Below, piece after piece: positions 9,780 through 19,738 of a stretch of 64,000 nucleotides of DNA. This DNA comes from a virus: the IMG/VR virus record IMGVR_UViG_3300032282_004772. One strand, given 5' to 3'. Under the pieces are notes generated by a model that was not told the DNA's origin, did no database searches, and saw only the letters and a program-made list of their open reading frames with translations. Each line of letters begins with the position of its first letter. The first letter of the stretch is position 1. The translations under genes and the position numbers were made by a program.

Positions 9780-11549
9780 TTATCTTGGTTTTCCGAATAA
9801 CCATAAATACTTTTGGTAATCACTTTTTGTTGATTCATTTTGTGTTGATATGTTTCTTGTTATTCCCGCTGGTAATACAGGGTTAAAACCTATATTTTTT
9901 GAAACATTTTCATTATTATTTACCTGCCAAGAATCAATCATTGCTTTAGTTTGTTCAGTGACTTTATTTAATTGAGTAAACGAATTTTCCCCAACATAAA
10001 TCGCCATACCAATCGCCATTATTAAATCATCATGATGTCCTTTTTGGTGGTCAGGTCTTCCATTAATATAAATAAAAGTATTCATCTCATTAAACAATCT
10101 ATTACTATAGATTTTAAATCCATGTCTCATTGCTTCTTCAAATGAAGAAATAATCTGAACTCTTTTATTATTAAAATTTATACCCGGTATTTTATCTAAC
10201 GCTTTTGCATCATATTTCCATTTATTTCCTAACTCAATTCCATCGACATATAAGTTTTTATACCCCATCTCTTGTAGTTTTCTTGATGTGGAAACCCCCA
10301 TTCCTCCTGTTATATCAACAACAATAAATGAATTATACATCATACCCCACTTGTATGCGACCTCTGCCGCAACATCAGGAGGGATTTTACCGACATATTC
10401 GGCAACCTGTTCTCTCTCATCAAAATCCACAATAATAAAAGACGTAAAGTCTTCAGAATCCCCTCTTGAAACATCGACTCCCATAATGTATTTGTGACCC
10501 GGTATTGGCTCTTTCCAAATCCATAATGAACCTCCCATCATTTTATTAACGGGTTCTTTTAACATATTATGATGTATAGACTGTAATTGTTTTGAATCAA
10601 AAACATTATCTCCCGAACCTAAAAAATTACACTCCAACTCTTGAGAAACTTTTCGTTTATCAAACTTTAATTTTTTAACCATCCCCTCAAACCAAGATGA
10701 AGTTGGTTTATATCCGTTTGCAATATGGTTTTTTATTTCATCAAAATTTCTTTCTCTTGGGTTAGTGTCGGCATAGTCTATGGTCTCAATGACACCATAA
10801 TCTTCTCGATTAAGATAATAATGAATCAAATCTTCAACTTTAATTAATTTTAAATCTTTTGTATATCTAGGGTCTTTAAACCAATAAAATTCAGATATTT
10901 TAAATTCATTCATACCTCTTAAGGCTTGGTCATATATTTCATAGTAGATTGGGTCGTATCCATTTGGAGTAGAAACAACAATAACTTTACCTCCTGTTGA
11001 TAATGATGCCATACATGCTGACCAAAAATCACTATCGGCCTCAATATAGGCAGCCTCATCAAAAATTAATATTGTTGGAGTATATCCTCGTAAAGCATCT
11101 TTAGATGTTGCAACGGCTTTTACTTCACATCCATTACTTAATTTATAATGTCTTTGTGAGTTTTTTTCTTTTGAAAATTCTACACCAGTCCAAGATGGCC
11201 ATTGTTCAGTAAATCCTCTTATTTTATTAGCCATCTCAACTGCCGTGTCTAATTTGTTGGCAATAATCAATATTTTTTCAGGTTTCTTTTTTGACGCAAA
11301 AACTATTTTCTTTGATGCCCAAGCCGCGGTTACGGTTGATACTCCCGCTTGTCGGTATTTCAATGCAATGTTTTCATTGTATTTTTCGTAATCTTCCAAT
11401 AGATTAATTTGGTCATCAAAAAGGTCTAACGGAACATATCTTGATACTAAGTTGTCATATGTTTGCAAGTATGTTCTAAGAGCATATGGCGTATTTAATA
11501 TACATTTTTTATACTCTAATATTAATTGTTCTTTAGTTAAGCTCATCAT
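9780..11549 (-). CDS. terL: terminase large subunit, T4 gp17-like
   Basis: KYRQAGVST Walker A, LIFDEAA Walker B, STPNG, GVDVSRG and HDDLIMA nuclease motifs. Confidence 0.95.
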   Translation of the reverse strand: MMSLTKEQLILEYKKCILNTPYALRTYLQTYDNLVSRYVPLDLFDDQINLLEDYEKYNENIALKYRQAGVSTVTAAWASKKIVFASKKKPEKILIIANKLDTAVEMANKIRGFTEQWPSWTGVEFSKEKNSQRHYKLSNGCEVKAVATSKDALRGYTPTILIFDEAAYIEADSDFWSACMASLSTGGKVIVVSTPNGYDPIYYEIYDQALRGMNEFKISEFYWFKDPRYTKDLKLIKVEDLIHYYLNREDYGVIETIDYADTNPRERNFDEIKNHIANGYKPTSSWFEGMVKKLKFDKRKVSQELECNFLGSGDNVFDSKQLQSIHHNMLKEPVNKMMGGSLWIWKEPIPGHKYIMGVDVSRGDSEDFTSFIIVDFDEREQVAEYVGKIPPDVAAEVAYKWGMMYNSFIVVDITGGMGVSTSRKLQEMGYKNLYVDGIELGNKWKYDAKALDKIPGINFNNKRVQIISSFEEAMRHGFKIYSNRLFNEMNTFIYINGRPDHQKGHHDDLIMAIGMAIYVGENSFTQLNKVTEQTKAMIDSWQVNNNENVSKNIGFNPVLPAGITRNISTQNESTKSDYQKYLWLFGKPR

Positions 11550-11560
11550 ATATAAATAGT

Positions 11561-11594
11561 AAACCCCTCCTGAATATTACTAAAGGAGGGGTTT
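11561..11594. terminator. intrinsic terminator
   Basis: AAACCCCTCCT...AGGAGGGGTTT hairpin. Confidence 0.7.
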
Positions 11595-11612
11595 AAGTAA
11601 ATAAGTTGTTTT

Positions 11613-12911
11613 TTATCTAGGTTTTTGTATACCTAATCTTGTAAAAAAGTCATCATCATCGTCATCGTCTCCTCCATCATCGCCACCACCATCATCCTCG
11701 TTCGGGTTAAAGTTTTCATAATCTTCCTTCATTTTTTTAGCTTCTTTCATAATAAGATTAAACTTAGACTTAACTCTATTTTCTTTCGATGCGTCACCAG
11801 ACATTAAATCACCCATAATTTCTAAAAATATTTTAGCCTCAGTCTTATAAAGAACCATTTCAAACCAATTAATTAAACCTTTATTTTCAGGTTCAAAAAT
11901 TTCATCAGGTAGTAACAATCTTAATTTCTCAACAATTTCAGGTCCAATTCTCAATTGCATTGGTTCATTTGATAATATATCAGTTTGTCCTAAAACTTTT
12001 TGCGCCATTTCTTCATCTTCAGGGTATCCATGTCTAGAATTTGCTTCTTTAACACCCTTAACTAATTCATGACATAGTATTGGAAAAATTAATCCGTATG
12101 CTTTAATTACAGTATCAGATTCTTCCGAACTAGGTTCATCTTCATCTTCTTCAGGGTCTTGTGTTGGATACTGGCCTAATTGTACTTTACCTGCAACACC
12201 GTTACCTGTTGCACTCATTTGTTCAATCATTTGTTCCATCGTAAAATAAAGAAAGTCATTTGTTGCCATTATTTTAAGATATGCAGGATATAAACGAGGG
12301 TCAATTGCGTCTAATTTAGACTTAATTTCAGGTTTTTGAAAAAGATAATGTGATTTTTTTGCAGAACCTTGTACAATCGCATTAATTAAATTTCTTTTAT
12401 GTTTTTCTAATTCAAACTGTTCTTCATCGGTTAAATCTTCAATATCAAAAGACATTTGTGGAGAGATTTTAGGTTGTTCTTTTTTTTCTTTTTCTGGTTT
12501 AAATTTAAAATTAGAAATATCTATTGGAGCTCTATTTAAGTAAGCCTCTAATTTAAACCAATTTTCAGGAACTTCAGTTTCTTCTAATGCCGCCTCAATT
12601 GCCAATTGTTCAAGTTCGTCTTTATGCCTTGATTCTATATTCACAATCGATGGAACCATTCCAAAACTTTCTTGCATTATCATAGATTGGACTTGTCTTG
12701 AACTTAAATTTTGAATTCCACTAACCTCTCTTAGTTTGTCCACAACTTTTTTAAATCTTGTTGAAACAAGTCTTTCGACATCCGCAGGACCTTTTCTCAT
12801 TGCAGGGTTCTTACCATACAAATTTTCAGGACTTCCTAATTTTCGTTCTAAATTAGGGTCCATCCTTTCTGGGTAATTACCGTAATCTATTTGTTCTCTA
12901 ATTTTTTTCAT
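11613..12911 (-). CDS. hypothetical protein, probable virion component
   Basis: 432 aa with an acidic C-tail, co-oriented with the head genes. Confidence 0.75.
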   Translation of the reverse strand: MKKIREQIDYGNYPERMDPNLERKLGSPENLYGKNPAMRKGPADVERLVSTRFKKVVDKLREVSGIQNLSSRQVQSMIMQESFGMVPSIVNIESRHKDELEQLAIEAALEETEVPENWFKLEAYLNRAPIDISNFKFKPEKEKKEQPKISPQMSFDIEDLTDEEQFELEKHKRNLINAIVQGSAKKSHYLFQKPEIKSKLDAIDPRLYPAYLKIMATNDFLYFTMEQMIEQMSATGNGVAGKVQLGQYPTQDPEEDEDEPSSEESDTVIKAYGLIFPILCHELVKGVKEANSRHGYPEDEEMAQKVLGQTDILSNEPMQLRIGPEIVEKLRLLLPDEIFEPENKGLINWFEMVLYKTEAKIFLEIMGDLMSGDASKENRVKSKFNLIMKEAKKMKEDYENFNPNEDDGGGDDGGDDDDDDDFFTRLGIQKPR

Positions 12912-13789
12912 TATTTATTATTTATAACATTCATTATTGATTTTATCATATCAGATTTCACATTTTCGGGAGATTTTGCTTTTGGAACAGGGTTTACTCC
13001 CGGATTCGGATTTTTACCTGGATGTGAGGGTCTTGTTTTTGGAGGAGTTTTTGTGCCCGGTTTTGTACCCGGTTTTGTTGTTGGAGCGTCAATAACATCT
13101 TCGTTTGCAACTCCAATAGAACCTAATTTACCAATAGGGTAATTCATTTTCTTTTTCCCAATTAAATCCATTAATTCTCCTTTTTTCATTTTTGGTTTTG
13201 TGTATTTTTCAACCAAAGATAAAATTTTATTTTCTAAAAGAACAGCGTAAGGGTTCTTTCCTTCTGAAATAGATTTTTTAACTTGTTTAACACATCTTTC
13301 AAATTTTGCGGTTTTTTTAGGTCCTAATTGTGAATGGCAAACCGCCCAAGGATTAACTTCAGTTTTTTTTGATTTCTTTTTTTCTTCTTTAACTTCTCCT
13401 GTGGTTAAATTCATTTTCCTTGTTGTAGGATTTATTTCGGCATTTAAACCTTTATCCATCATCGCCTTATTTGCCGCTTGAGCATCTGCAACGTTAGTTA
13501 AATCAAAAGTAGTTGTTGTAGATGTTTTTGTTACCGCTTCTTTTGTTTCTTCTTTCTTTTTTGCCTTTGCGGGGGCAGGACTTACTCCCGGATTCGGATT
13601 TTTACCTGGATGTGAGGGTCTTGTTTTTGGAGGTGTTTTTGTGCCCGGTTTAGTTTTTGGGGCAGTCTTTGTTTGTTCTCCCTCAATTAAATTTTTGTGT
13701 AAAACATTAATCTCAGACTCACTCAAAGATAGTAATGTTTTTTGACTTAATCCAAACTTAATTAAATCAGAATATTTATTAGTTTTCAT
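12911..13789 (-). CDS. hypothetical Pro/Lys-rich protein with duplicated TKPGTKTPPKTRPSHPGKNPNPGV motif
   Basis: Start moved to ATG 13789 to avoid a long overlap; near-identical DNA copies at ~12994-13062 and ~13582-13650. Confidence 0.7.
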   Translation of the reverse strand: MKTNKYSDLIKFGLSQKTLLSLSESEINVLHKNLIEGEQTKTAPKTKPGTKTPPKTRPSHPGKNPNPGVSPAPAKAKKKEETKEAVTKTSTTTTFDLTNVADAQAANKAMMDKGLNAEINPTTRKMNLTTGEVKEEKKKSKKTEVNPWAVCHSQLGPKKTAKFERCVKQVKKSISEGKNPYAVLLENKILSLVEKYTKPKMKKGELMDLIGKKKMNYPIGKLGSIGVANEDVIDAPTTKPGTKPGTKTPPKTRPSHPGKNPNPGVNPVPKAKSPENVKSDMIKSIMNVINNK

Positions 13790-14189
13790 ATATAACGTTT
13801 TTTTCAAATTCAAGAACGATATCTCGTTCATATAGTTTATCTTTAACTTGTTGTTCTGTTTCTCCAAATCTAAACACTAATCTTTTTGTTGTAGTAAAAT
13901 CAATGGTATCATTTTCTTTTTCCCATCCTAATGCGATGACATCATCCATACTATCCATAAAACTAAAAAAATCAGAGTTTTGAATTAGTTCCAACTCTAA
14001 CGAGGTGTTTTTCAATACTCCAACTTTTTTAATATACTCCAAACTAGGAGGTTTCGGATATCCGTTTGATGGTTTTGACTCCCAACTTTCATCCCATATG
14101 TCTTTTATGTCATCAGAGAAAATGAATTCATACATATTATCCCCTTTATAGTTAGGACCCAATCCATTTATAAAGACTAAATGGTTCAT
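13779..14189 (-). CDS. hypothetical protein
   Basis: 136-aa ORF coupled to both neighbours. Confidence 0.75.
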   Translation of the reverse strand: MNHLVFINGLGPNYKGDNMYEFIFSDDIKDIWDESWESKPSNGYPKPPSLEYIKKVGVLKNTSLELELIQNSDFFSFMDSMDDVIALGWEKENDTIDFTTTKRLVFRFGETEQQVKDKLYERDIVLEFEKNVIYEN

Positions 14190-15502
14190 AGAATACTTCC
14201 AAAAGGAGAAATTTTATATTGTTTATTTCCAACTTCAAACACTAAATTTTTCTTATTTGTTTTTCCAACAAATCTTGAATTTATGTTTTCTTTAAAGAAT
14301 TTTTTTGCGTTTACTTCTTGTTGAATTGATTCTGAAAGTCTTTTTATTTCAGAAAAAATTTCAGATTTTTTTATTTTTCTTTTATTTTCTCTCTCTTGAT
14401 TAATTTTTTGATTAAATTTTTTCTCATCTTCAGATACTATAAAATATTTTAATAAAACATCTTCAATTTTAGATTCTTTAAAAACAGAGTCAGCAATATT
14501 ACCTAAATGAGTCATATCATCATCTTCACTTTCTCCAAATCTAGCAGTAGTTGCTTTAAGAGCGGTTCTTTTAGCAATTTCATCTCCAAGTTCAGGCCAA
14601 GTACCTTCTCCTAATTCACTTTCTTTTGGTTCCATTTCAGGAGACATTTCTCCTTCTTCAGATGAAGTCTCATCTTCTTCTGATGGTGACTCTTCCTCAG
14701 AACCAAATGTTTCTTCAGGATTAAATTCTTCTTCAGTACCCTCAAGTTTATTCATTACATCTTCTCTATCATCTTCATCTAACAAATTTAAATCAAGTGC
14801 CGATAAGATTGAATTTATAACATACTTAACATCTTTTGAAGACATTTGTTCCTCTTCATTTGATTTTAACGCTCTTAATTTTTGACCTAATTTTCCTGTA
14901 AGTTTTTGAATGGTTTTGAAAGTAACAACTTCGTCTCTTTCTTCGTTTGAACCCATCTCATCTTCAGGAACCTCCATATCCCCTTCTTCAGAAGGCATTT
15001 CGCTTTCTTCTTCGTCTGATGGTGGAACAGGTGGTGGAGTTGGTTCTCCCCCCATCGGGGGTGCCGGTGGTGGAGGTACATTTTCTACCTCATCAGTCGG
15101 TTCAGGATTTTTTTTTTCTAAATTTGTGGTTTTTAAAACGAATTTTTTTTGTTCAGAAAATAAAGAAACTCCTTCTTTATTTTCAAAAAGTTCATTCATT
15201 TCTTTCGCCATTAAATTTAATCTTTTTAATGCTTGTGAATATGAACTATAATATTTTCTATCTTGCATAGGTGATATATAATCAACATTAGATTCTGAAA
15301 TTGTTTTTTTAATTACATATCCTGATTTTTCTCTAATGATTTGATACTCATTTCCATCAGCAAGAGTTAATTTATATTCGCTTTTTGAAGTTTCGTTAAT
15401 ATTTGAAGGAGTAGACTCTTTATATCTTGCAATTTCTAAAATTCTTGAAATTTTATCAACTCCTGTCAATTTTTCACTTCCTAGTGGGTTTAAATTGGCC
15501 AT
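14186..15502 (-). CDS. acidic/Pro-rich hypothetical, probable head internal protein
   Basis: Many x-x-E sites, poly-Pro linker, TATTTATA upstream. Confidence 0.7.
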   Translation of the reverse strand: MANLNPLGSEKLTGVDKISRILEIARYKESTPSNINETSKSEYKLTLADGNEYQIIREKSGYVIKKTISESNVDYISPMQDRKYYSSYSQALKRLNLMAKEMNELFENKEGVSLFSEQKKFVLKTTNLEKKNPEPTDEVENVPPPPAPPMGGEPTPPPVPPSDEEESEMPSEEGDMEVPEDEMGSNEERDEVVTFKTIQKLTGKLGQKLRALKSNEEEQMSSKDVKYVINSILSALDLNLLDEDDREDVMNKLEGTEEEFNPEETFGSEEESPSEEDETSSEEGEMSPEMEPKESELGEGTWPELGDEIAKRTALKATTARFGESEDDDMTHLGNIADSVFKESKIEDVLLKYFIVSEDEKKFNQKINQERENKRKIKKSEIFSEIKRLSESIQQEVNAKKFFKENINSRFVGKTNKKNLVFEVGNKQYKISPFGSIL

Positions 15503-15588
15503 TTTATATTTTATTTAATTTTTTTATTTTTAATGACAAAAATCCAATTAGATTTTTTCTTTATAAATATATCGAACTATTGATTATT

Positions 15589-16350
15589 TCAAGACAAACG
15601 GTTTAATTCCTTTAAAGAAAGAAGATTATCCATCATTTTATTTTCAAAATCATACAGTTTTTGGATATACCCGTTTCTTCTCAATACTTTAAACACAAGA
15701 TTTTCAATAGCGTATTCTCCCCCACTTTCTAATCCTGTCTTTCTAAATTTTTTTATTTTTTCTTTAAACTTACTTATTATTTTTTTTGCCTCATCTAAAT
15801 CTTCATCGGACGCATTTTTAATAACCTCATCAATCATATTCATCCAAGACTTGCTTTTCTTATCAACTTCTTTAAAATTAATATCAATATCTTCTTTTTT
15901 TGGTTTTTTAATCCATTCATCAAAAAGTACGGAATAAACACCTGAACTTTCATGAGGTTCACTTTCATCTTGAGCGTAAAGTTCAACCTCATAATTTTTT
16001 ATGGTAATATCATGATTAGAATTAAATAATAGTTTTTTTAAATTAAAAAGTTTTTGGTACAGTTCTAAAGTTTCTTTAGGAAACTGTCCATAATCAATAA
16101 TCAAGTGTAAATCAAAGTCAGAATATTTTGACCAGTTAAAATTAGATAAAGACCCTGTTAATACTATATCTTTTACAAAAACGGGTACATCTAAAAACTC
16201 AATAAATTCGTATGCAATCTCTAATAGTCTTTCTCGTATTTCAGGTTTAATTTTTTCATCACCATCTGATTTTTTTGGAGTGTACCAAACATCAGGGTTC
16301 AAATTATCCTGTAATGCAAAACTTTTTAGAATATCGATATTTTTATCCAT
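15589..16350 (-). CDS. nucleotidyltransferase (pol-beta superfamily)
   Basis: LTGSLSNFNWSKYSDFDLH (GS...DxD) plus a third acidic residue in EVELY. Confidence 0.8.
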   Translation of the reverse strand: MDKNIDILKSFALQDNLNPDVWYTPKKSDGDEKIKPEIRERLLEIAYEFIEFLDVPVFVKDIVLTGSLSNFNWSKYSDFDLHLIIDYGQFPKETLELYQKLFNLKKLLFNSNHDITIKNYEVELYAQDESEPHESSGVYSVLFDEWIKKPKKEDIDINFKEVDKKSKSWMNMIDEVIKNASDEDLDEAKKIISKFKEKIKKFRKTGLESGGEYAIENLVFKVLRRNGYIQKLYDFENKMMDNLLSLKELNRLS

Positions 16351-16380
16351 TATAGATAAATACTCGATAAATAAAGTTTT

Positions 16381-16623
16381 TTATACTTTTTTATATTTAA
16401 AAACTTTTGAAATGTTAGAATTAAAGTATTTTCCTTGGGATTCGGCCATCCTAAATTCTGTATAAGTCCTGTGAGGTACTTTTTCGTACTCATATTTAGA
16501 ACCATTTTTAAACTCAACAATTAAAGAATTGCTTTCAACATCGTATTCAGTTTTAACCAAATTTGATGAATCAATTTCATTTATTATTTTAGTCCCTTGT
16601 ATTGTTTCTTTTTTTATTCCCAT
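16381..16623 (-). CDS. KTSC domain protein
   Basis: SSNL..EYD....LIVEFKNGSKYEY..VP...Y..F..AESQGKYFN. Confidence 0.9.
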   Translation of the reverse strand: MGIKKETIQGTKIINEIDSSNLVKTEYDVESNSLIVEFKNGSKYEYEKVPHRTYTEFRMAESQGKYFNSNISKVFKYKKV

Positions 16624-16930
16624 TTTTTTTGTTATTTGTATTTAATGGAGTTTCGTCATTAATACGACTCATCTCTTTTCTAAGATAAACAACAAAATCA
16701 TTGTGGTCAATATCAAAAAAAGATTTAACTTCATTAAATAACTTACTATGTTCATTACTATACTCTTGGAAATATTTCATAATATCTTGTGGATAATATG
16801 GTGGATTTTCTAACTGTTCTTCAGTCCATCCTTCTCTTTGGAAACATTGCCTTAATTTACGATATATTGACATTAGATTCTTATCCGCGTCAAGTTGTTT
16901 AATAAATTTTTCAAATGGTTTCATATTCAT
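16589..16930 (-). CDS. hypothetical protein
   Basis: 113-aa ORF. Confidence 0.6.
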   Translation of the reverse strand: MNMKPFEKFIKQLDADKNLMSIYRKLRQCFQREGWTEEQLENPPYYPQDIMKYFQEYSNEHSKLFNEVKSFFDIDHNDFVVYLRKEMSRINDETPLNTNNKKNGNKKRNNTRD

Positions 16931-16945
16931 AAATACATCTTAAAT

Positions 16946-16975
16946 AAAAAACCCCCAATTAATGGGGGCCTTTTT
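16946..16975. terminator. intrinsic terminator
   Basis: CCCCCA-atta-ATGGGGG flanked by A/T tracts. Confidence 0.6.
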
Positions 16976-17424
16976 TAAGATTTTAATTTTTTAAGTTCGT
17001 CTCGAATCTCAATTGCTTTTTCAAAATTATGTTCTTTAATCGCCAATTTTAAATCACTCTCAAGTGAATCAATCTTTTCTTTGTTTTTTTCCAAACTTTT
17101 TATTTGGTCTCTTAGTTTAACAGCCGACTCAAAATCTTCATTTTCTATCGCCATTTCAAGTTGGTAATTTAACATGTCAATTTTATTACCACCTTTTTTA
17201 ATTCTTTGGTTTGGTTGTCGGTCATTAGTTCTAATAAAATTAGTTATGACGGTTTCACCATCTTCTGACTTATAGGTTTCTTTAATCCAATTACCTTGTT
17301 CGTCAGAACCTTCCTCAATTGTTCTGTTTAGGTTTAAATGATTGTTAAACATAGAGTCGAATTGATTGAACATCGCATCAAAATCTCTAAAAAAATCGTT
17401 AAAATTTCTTTTTCTTCCAAACAT
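16975..17424 (-). CDS. protein with two UVR (UvrB/UvrC) motifs, candidate Clp adaptor
   Basis: LEMAIENEDFESAVKLRDQI and LKLAIKEHNFEKAIEIRDEL. Confidence 0.8.
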   Translation of the reverse strand: MFGRKRNFNDFFRDFDAMFNQFDSMFNNHLNLNRTIEEGSDEQGNWIKETYKSEDGETVITNFIRTNDRQPNQRIKKGGNKIDMLNYQLEMAIENEDFESAVKLRDQIKSLEKNKEKIDSLESDLKLAIKEHNFEKAIEIRDELKKLKS

Positions 17425-17470
17425 AATGTTTTTTTTTATTTTAGTTTATTTATTTTTTTTTCGTTAAAGA

Positions 17471-17573
17471 ACGAATCCCGTGCCAAAGTAATAACATTAT
17501 AATTATTGTCATAATATAATAAATATTAATGACAAAAAGTCATTAACTTATTTTAAATATGTCATTTTGTCAA
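17471..17573 (-). promoter_or_regulatory. sigma-54-like promoter with upstream TGAC/GTCA repeats
   Basis: Minus strand TTGGCACGGGATTCGT (-24 box strong, -12 atypical); TGACAAAAAGTCA and TGTCATTTTGTCA upstream. Confidence 0.45.
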
Positions 17574-17621
17574 TATTGGATTTTTAATTTAATTTTTTTA
17601 TTATTATAAAAAAGTAATGTT

Positions 17622-19640
17622 ATGATTGAATCTATGGATAACGAAAACAGAAAAGAAAATAAAAAATCTACTGAGTCTACGACACCCGCATTGGATAATT
17701 TTAGTCGTGACTTGATTAAATTGGCCGAACAAGGAAAACTTGACCCTGTAATTGGTAGAGAAAAAGAAATTCTTCGCATCGCTCAAATTCTTTCAAGAAG
17801 AAAGAAAAATAATCCTATTATTATAGGTGAACCAGGTTGTGGTAAAACCGCTATTGTCGAAGGTCTTGCAATGAAAATTTTTAATGGAGAATGTCCAAGA
17901 AATTTAGTGGATAAAAGAATTCTTTCATTAGATATGACTTCTATTGTTGCGGGAACAAAGTATAGAGGCCAGTTTGAAGAAAGGATGAAAGTAATTATTG
18001 AAGAATTACAGGCTAATCCTGATATTATTGTGTTTATCGATGAAATACACACAATTGTTGGGGCAGGTAATTCATCGGGTTCATTGGATGCTTCTAATAT
18101 TTTTAAACCAGCATTGGCTCGTGGAGAAATACAATGTATTGGGGCCACTACATTAGACGAGTATCGTAAAAACTTTGAAAAGGATGGGGCTCTTGAGCGT
18201 AGATTCCAAAAAGTAATTGTTGATGGTGCAACGAAAGAAGAAACACTAGAAATTTTAAAAAATCTAAAAGATAGATATGAAGGATTTCATAAGGTGTCTT
18301 TTTCAGATGAAGTTTTAAACACATGTGTCACTTTGGCAGAAAGATACATTACTGATAGAGAGTTCCCTGATAAAGCAATTGATATTTTAGACGAGGTTGG
18401 AGCCAGATGTCAAGTTGATATGAAACTTCCTGAAATCATTGAGGAATTAAAACTAAAGGCTCAAGAAATTAAATTAAAAAAAGTTGAGGTGGTTAAAAGT
18501 CAAAAGTATGAGGAAGCAGCTGAACTTAGAGATAAAGAAAGAAAAATTTTATCCTCATTAGATGAAGAGAAGAAAAAATTTGAACAAGATTTAAACACAA
18601 AAAAGAAAGAGGTTGAGTTGGAATTAGTTTACGAAGTAGTTTCAAATATGACAAAAATACCTGTTAGTAAATTAACTTCTGATGATACAAAAGCGCTAAT
18701 TGATTTAGACGAGATATTAAATAAAAAAGTAATTGGTCAGTCAGACGCGGTTAAAAGAATTGTTAAATCAATAAGAAGAAATAGACTTGGGATAAAAGAC
18801 CCAAGTAGACCAATTGGTTCATTTATTTTCTTAGGGTCAACTGGTGTTGGTAAAACTTATTTAGCAAAACAATTGGCTAAAGAAGTTTTTGGTAGTGAGG
18901 AATCTTTAATTAGAGTTGATATGTCTGAATATCAAGAAAAACATTCGATATCAAGATTAATTGGAGCTCCTCCAGGATATGTCGGATATGATGAAGGAGG
19001 TCAATTAACTGAACAAGTTAAAAATAAACCTTATTCGGTGATTCTTTTTGATGAAATTGAAAAGGCAAATAAAGACATTTTTTCTTCTTTATTACAAGTT
19101 CTTGATGAAGGACACATGACCGATGGTTTAGGTAGAAAAATTAATTTTAAAAATTGTATTATAATAATGACATCTAATTTAGGTGTTAAAAAATTACAAG
19201 ACTTCGGAGTTGGAGTTGGATTTAGAACAAATAATGAGTACACCAATGAAGAAATAAGAAAAGAAACATTACAAAAAGAGCTTAAAAAGTTTTTTTCACC
19301 AGAATTTTTAAATCGTATTGATGATATTGTAGTCTTTAATTCTTTAAATAAAACCAATATTGAATCTATCGTTAAGATTGAGCTTAACAAACTTAAAGAT
19401 AGATTGGATGGTCTAAAATATAACATTTCATTTGATAAGAGTATTGAAGATATGATATCTAAAGTTGGATTTGATGAATTATATGGCGCCAGACCTCTTA
19501 AGAGGGCAATACAGGAAAAGATTGAAGATTATATTTCGGAAGAAGTATTAAAAGGAAACATTAAGGAAAATACGAAATATGTTATAAAGTCTGATGAGGA
19601 TGAAAAATTAACGATAGTTAAATCTAAAAAATCAAAATAA
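17622..19640 (+). CDS. clpC: ClpC-type AAA+ unfoldase lacking the N-terminal domain
   Basis: GKLDPVIGRE, GEPGCGKT, FIDEIH, UVR-like M domain QKYEEAAELRD, GSTGVGKT, VGF ClpP-docking loop, YGARPLKR. Confidence 0.92.
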   Translation: MIESMDNENRKENKKSTESTTPALDNFSRDLIKLAEQGKLDPVIGREKEILRIAQILSRRKKNNPIIIGEPGCGKTAIVEGLAMKIFNGECPRNLVDKRILSLDMTSIVAGTKYRGQFEERMKVIIEELQANPDIIVFIDEIHTIVGAGNSSGSLDASNIFKPALARGEIQCIGATTLDEYRKNFEKDGALERRFQKVIVDGATKEETLEILKNLKDRYEGFHKVSFSDEVLNTCVTLAERYITDREFPDKAIDILDEVGARCQVDMKLPEIIEELKLKAQEIKLKKVEVVKSQKYEEAAELRDKERKILSSLDEEKKKFEQDLNTKKKEVELELVYEVVSNMTKIPVSKLTSDDTKALIDLDEILNKKVIGQSDAVKRIVKSIRRNRLGIKDPSRPIGSFIFLGSTGVGKTYLAKQLAKEVFGSEESLIRVDMSEYQEKHSISRLIGAPPGYVGYDEGGQLTEQVKNKPYSVILFDEIEKANKDIFSSLLQVLDEGHMTDGLGRKINFKNCIIIMTSNLGVKKLQDFGVGVGFRTNNEYTNEEIRKETLQKELKKFFSPEFLNRIDDIVVFNSLNKTNIESIVKIELNKLKDRLDGLKYNISFDKSIEDMISKVGFDELYGARPLKRAIQEKIEDYISEEVLKGNIKENTKYVIKSDEDEKLTIVKSKKSK

Positions 19641-19642
19641 AT

Positions 19643-19669
19643 CAGGTGGGGAAACCCACCTTTTTTTTT
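19643..19669 (+). terminator. intrinsic terminator
   Basis: AGGTGGG-gaaa-CCCACCT followed by a T tract. Confidence 0.9.
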
Positions 19670-19738
19670 AAATTATTTTTACGTTAAGACTTCTTTATTT
19701 GACCATAAAAAACTATTTATAGGTAAATAGAAAATAAT

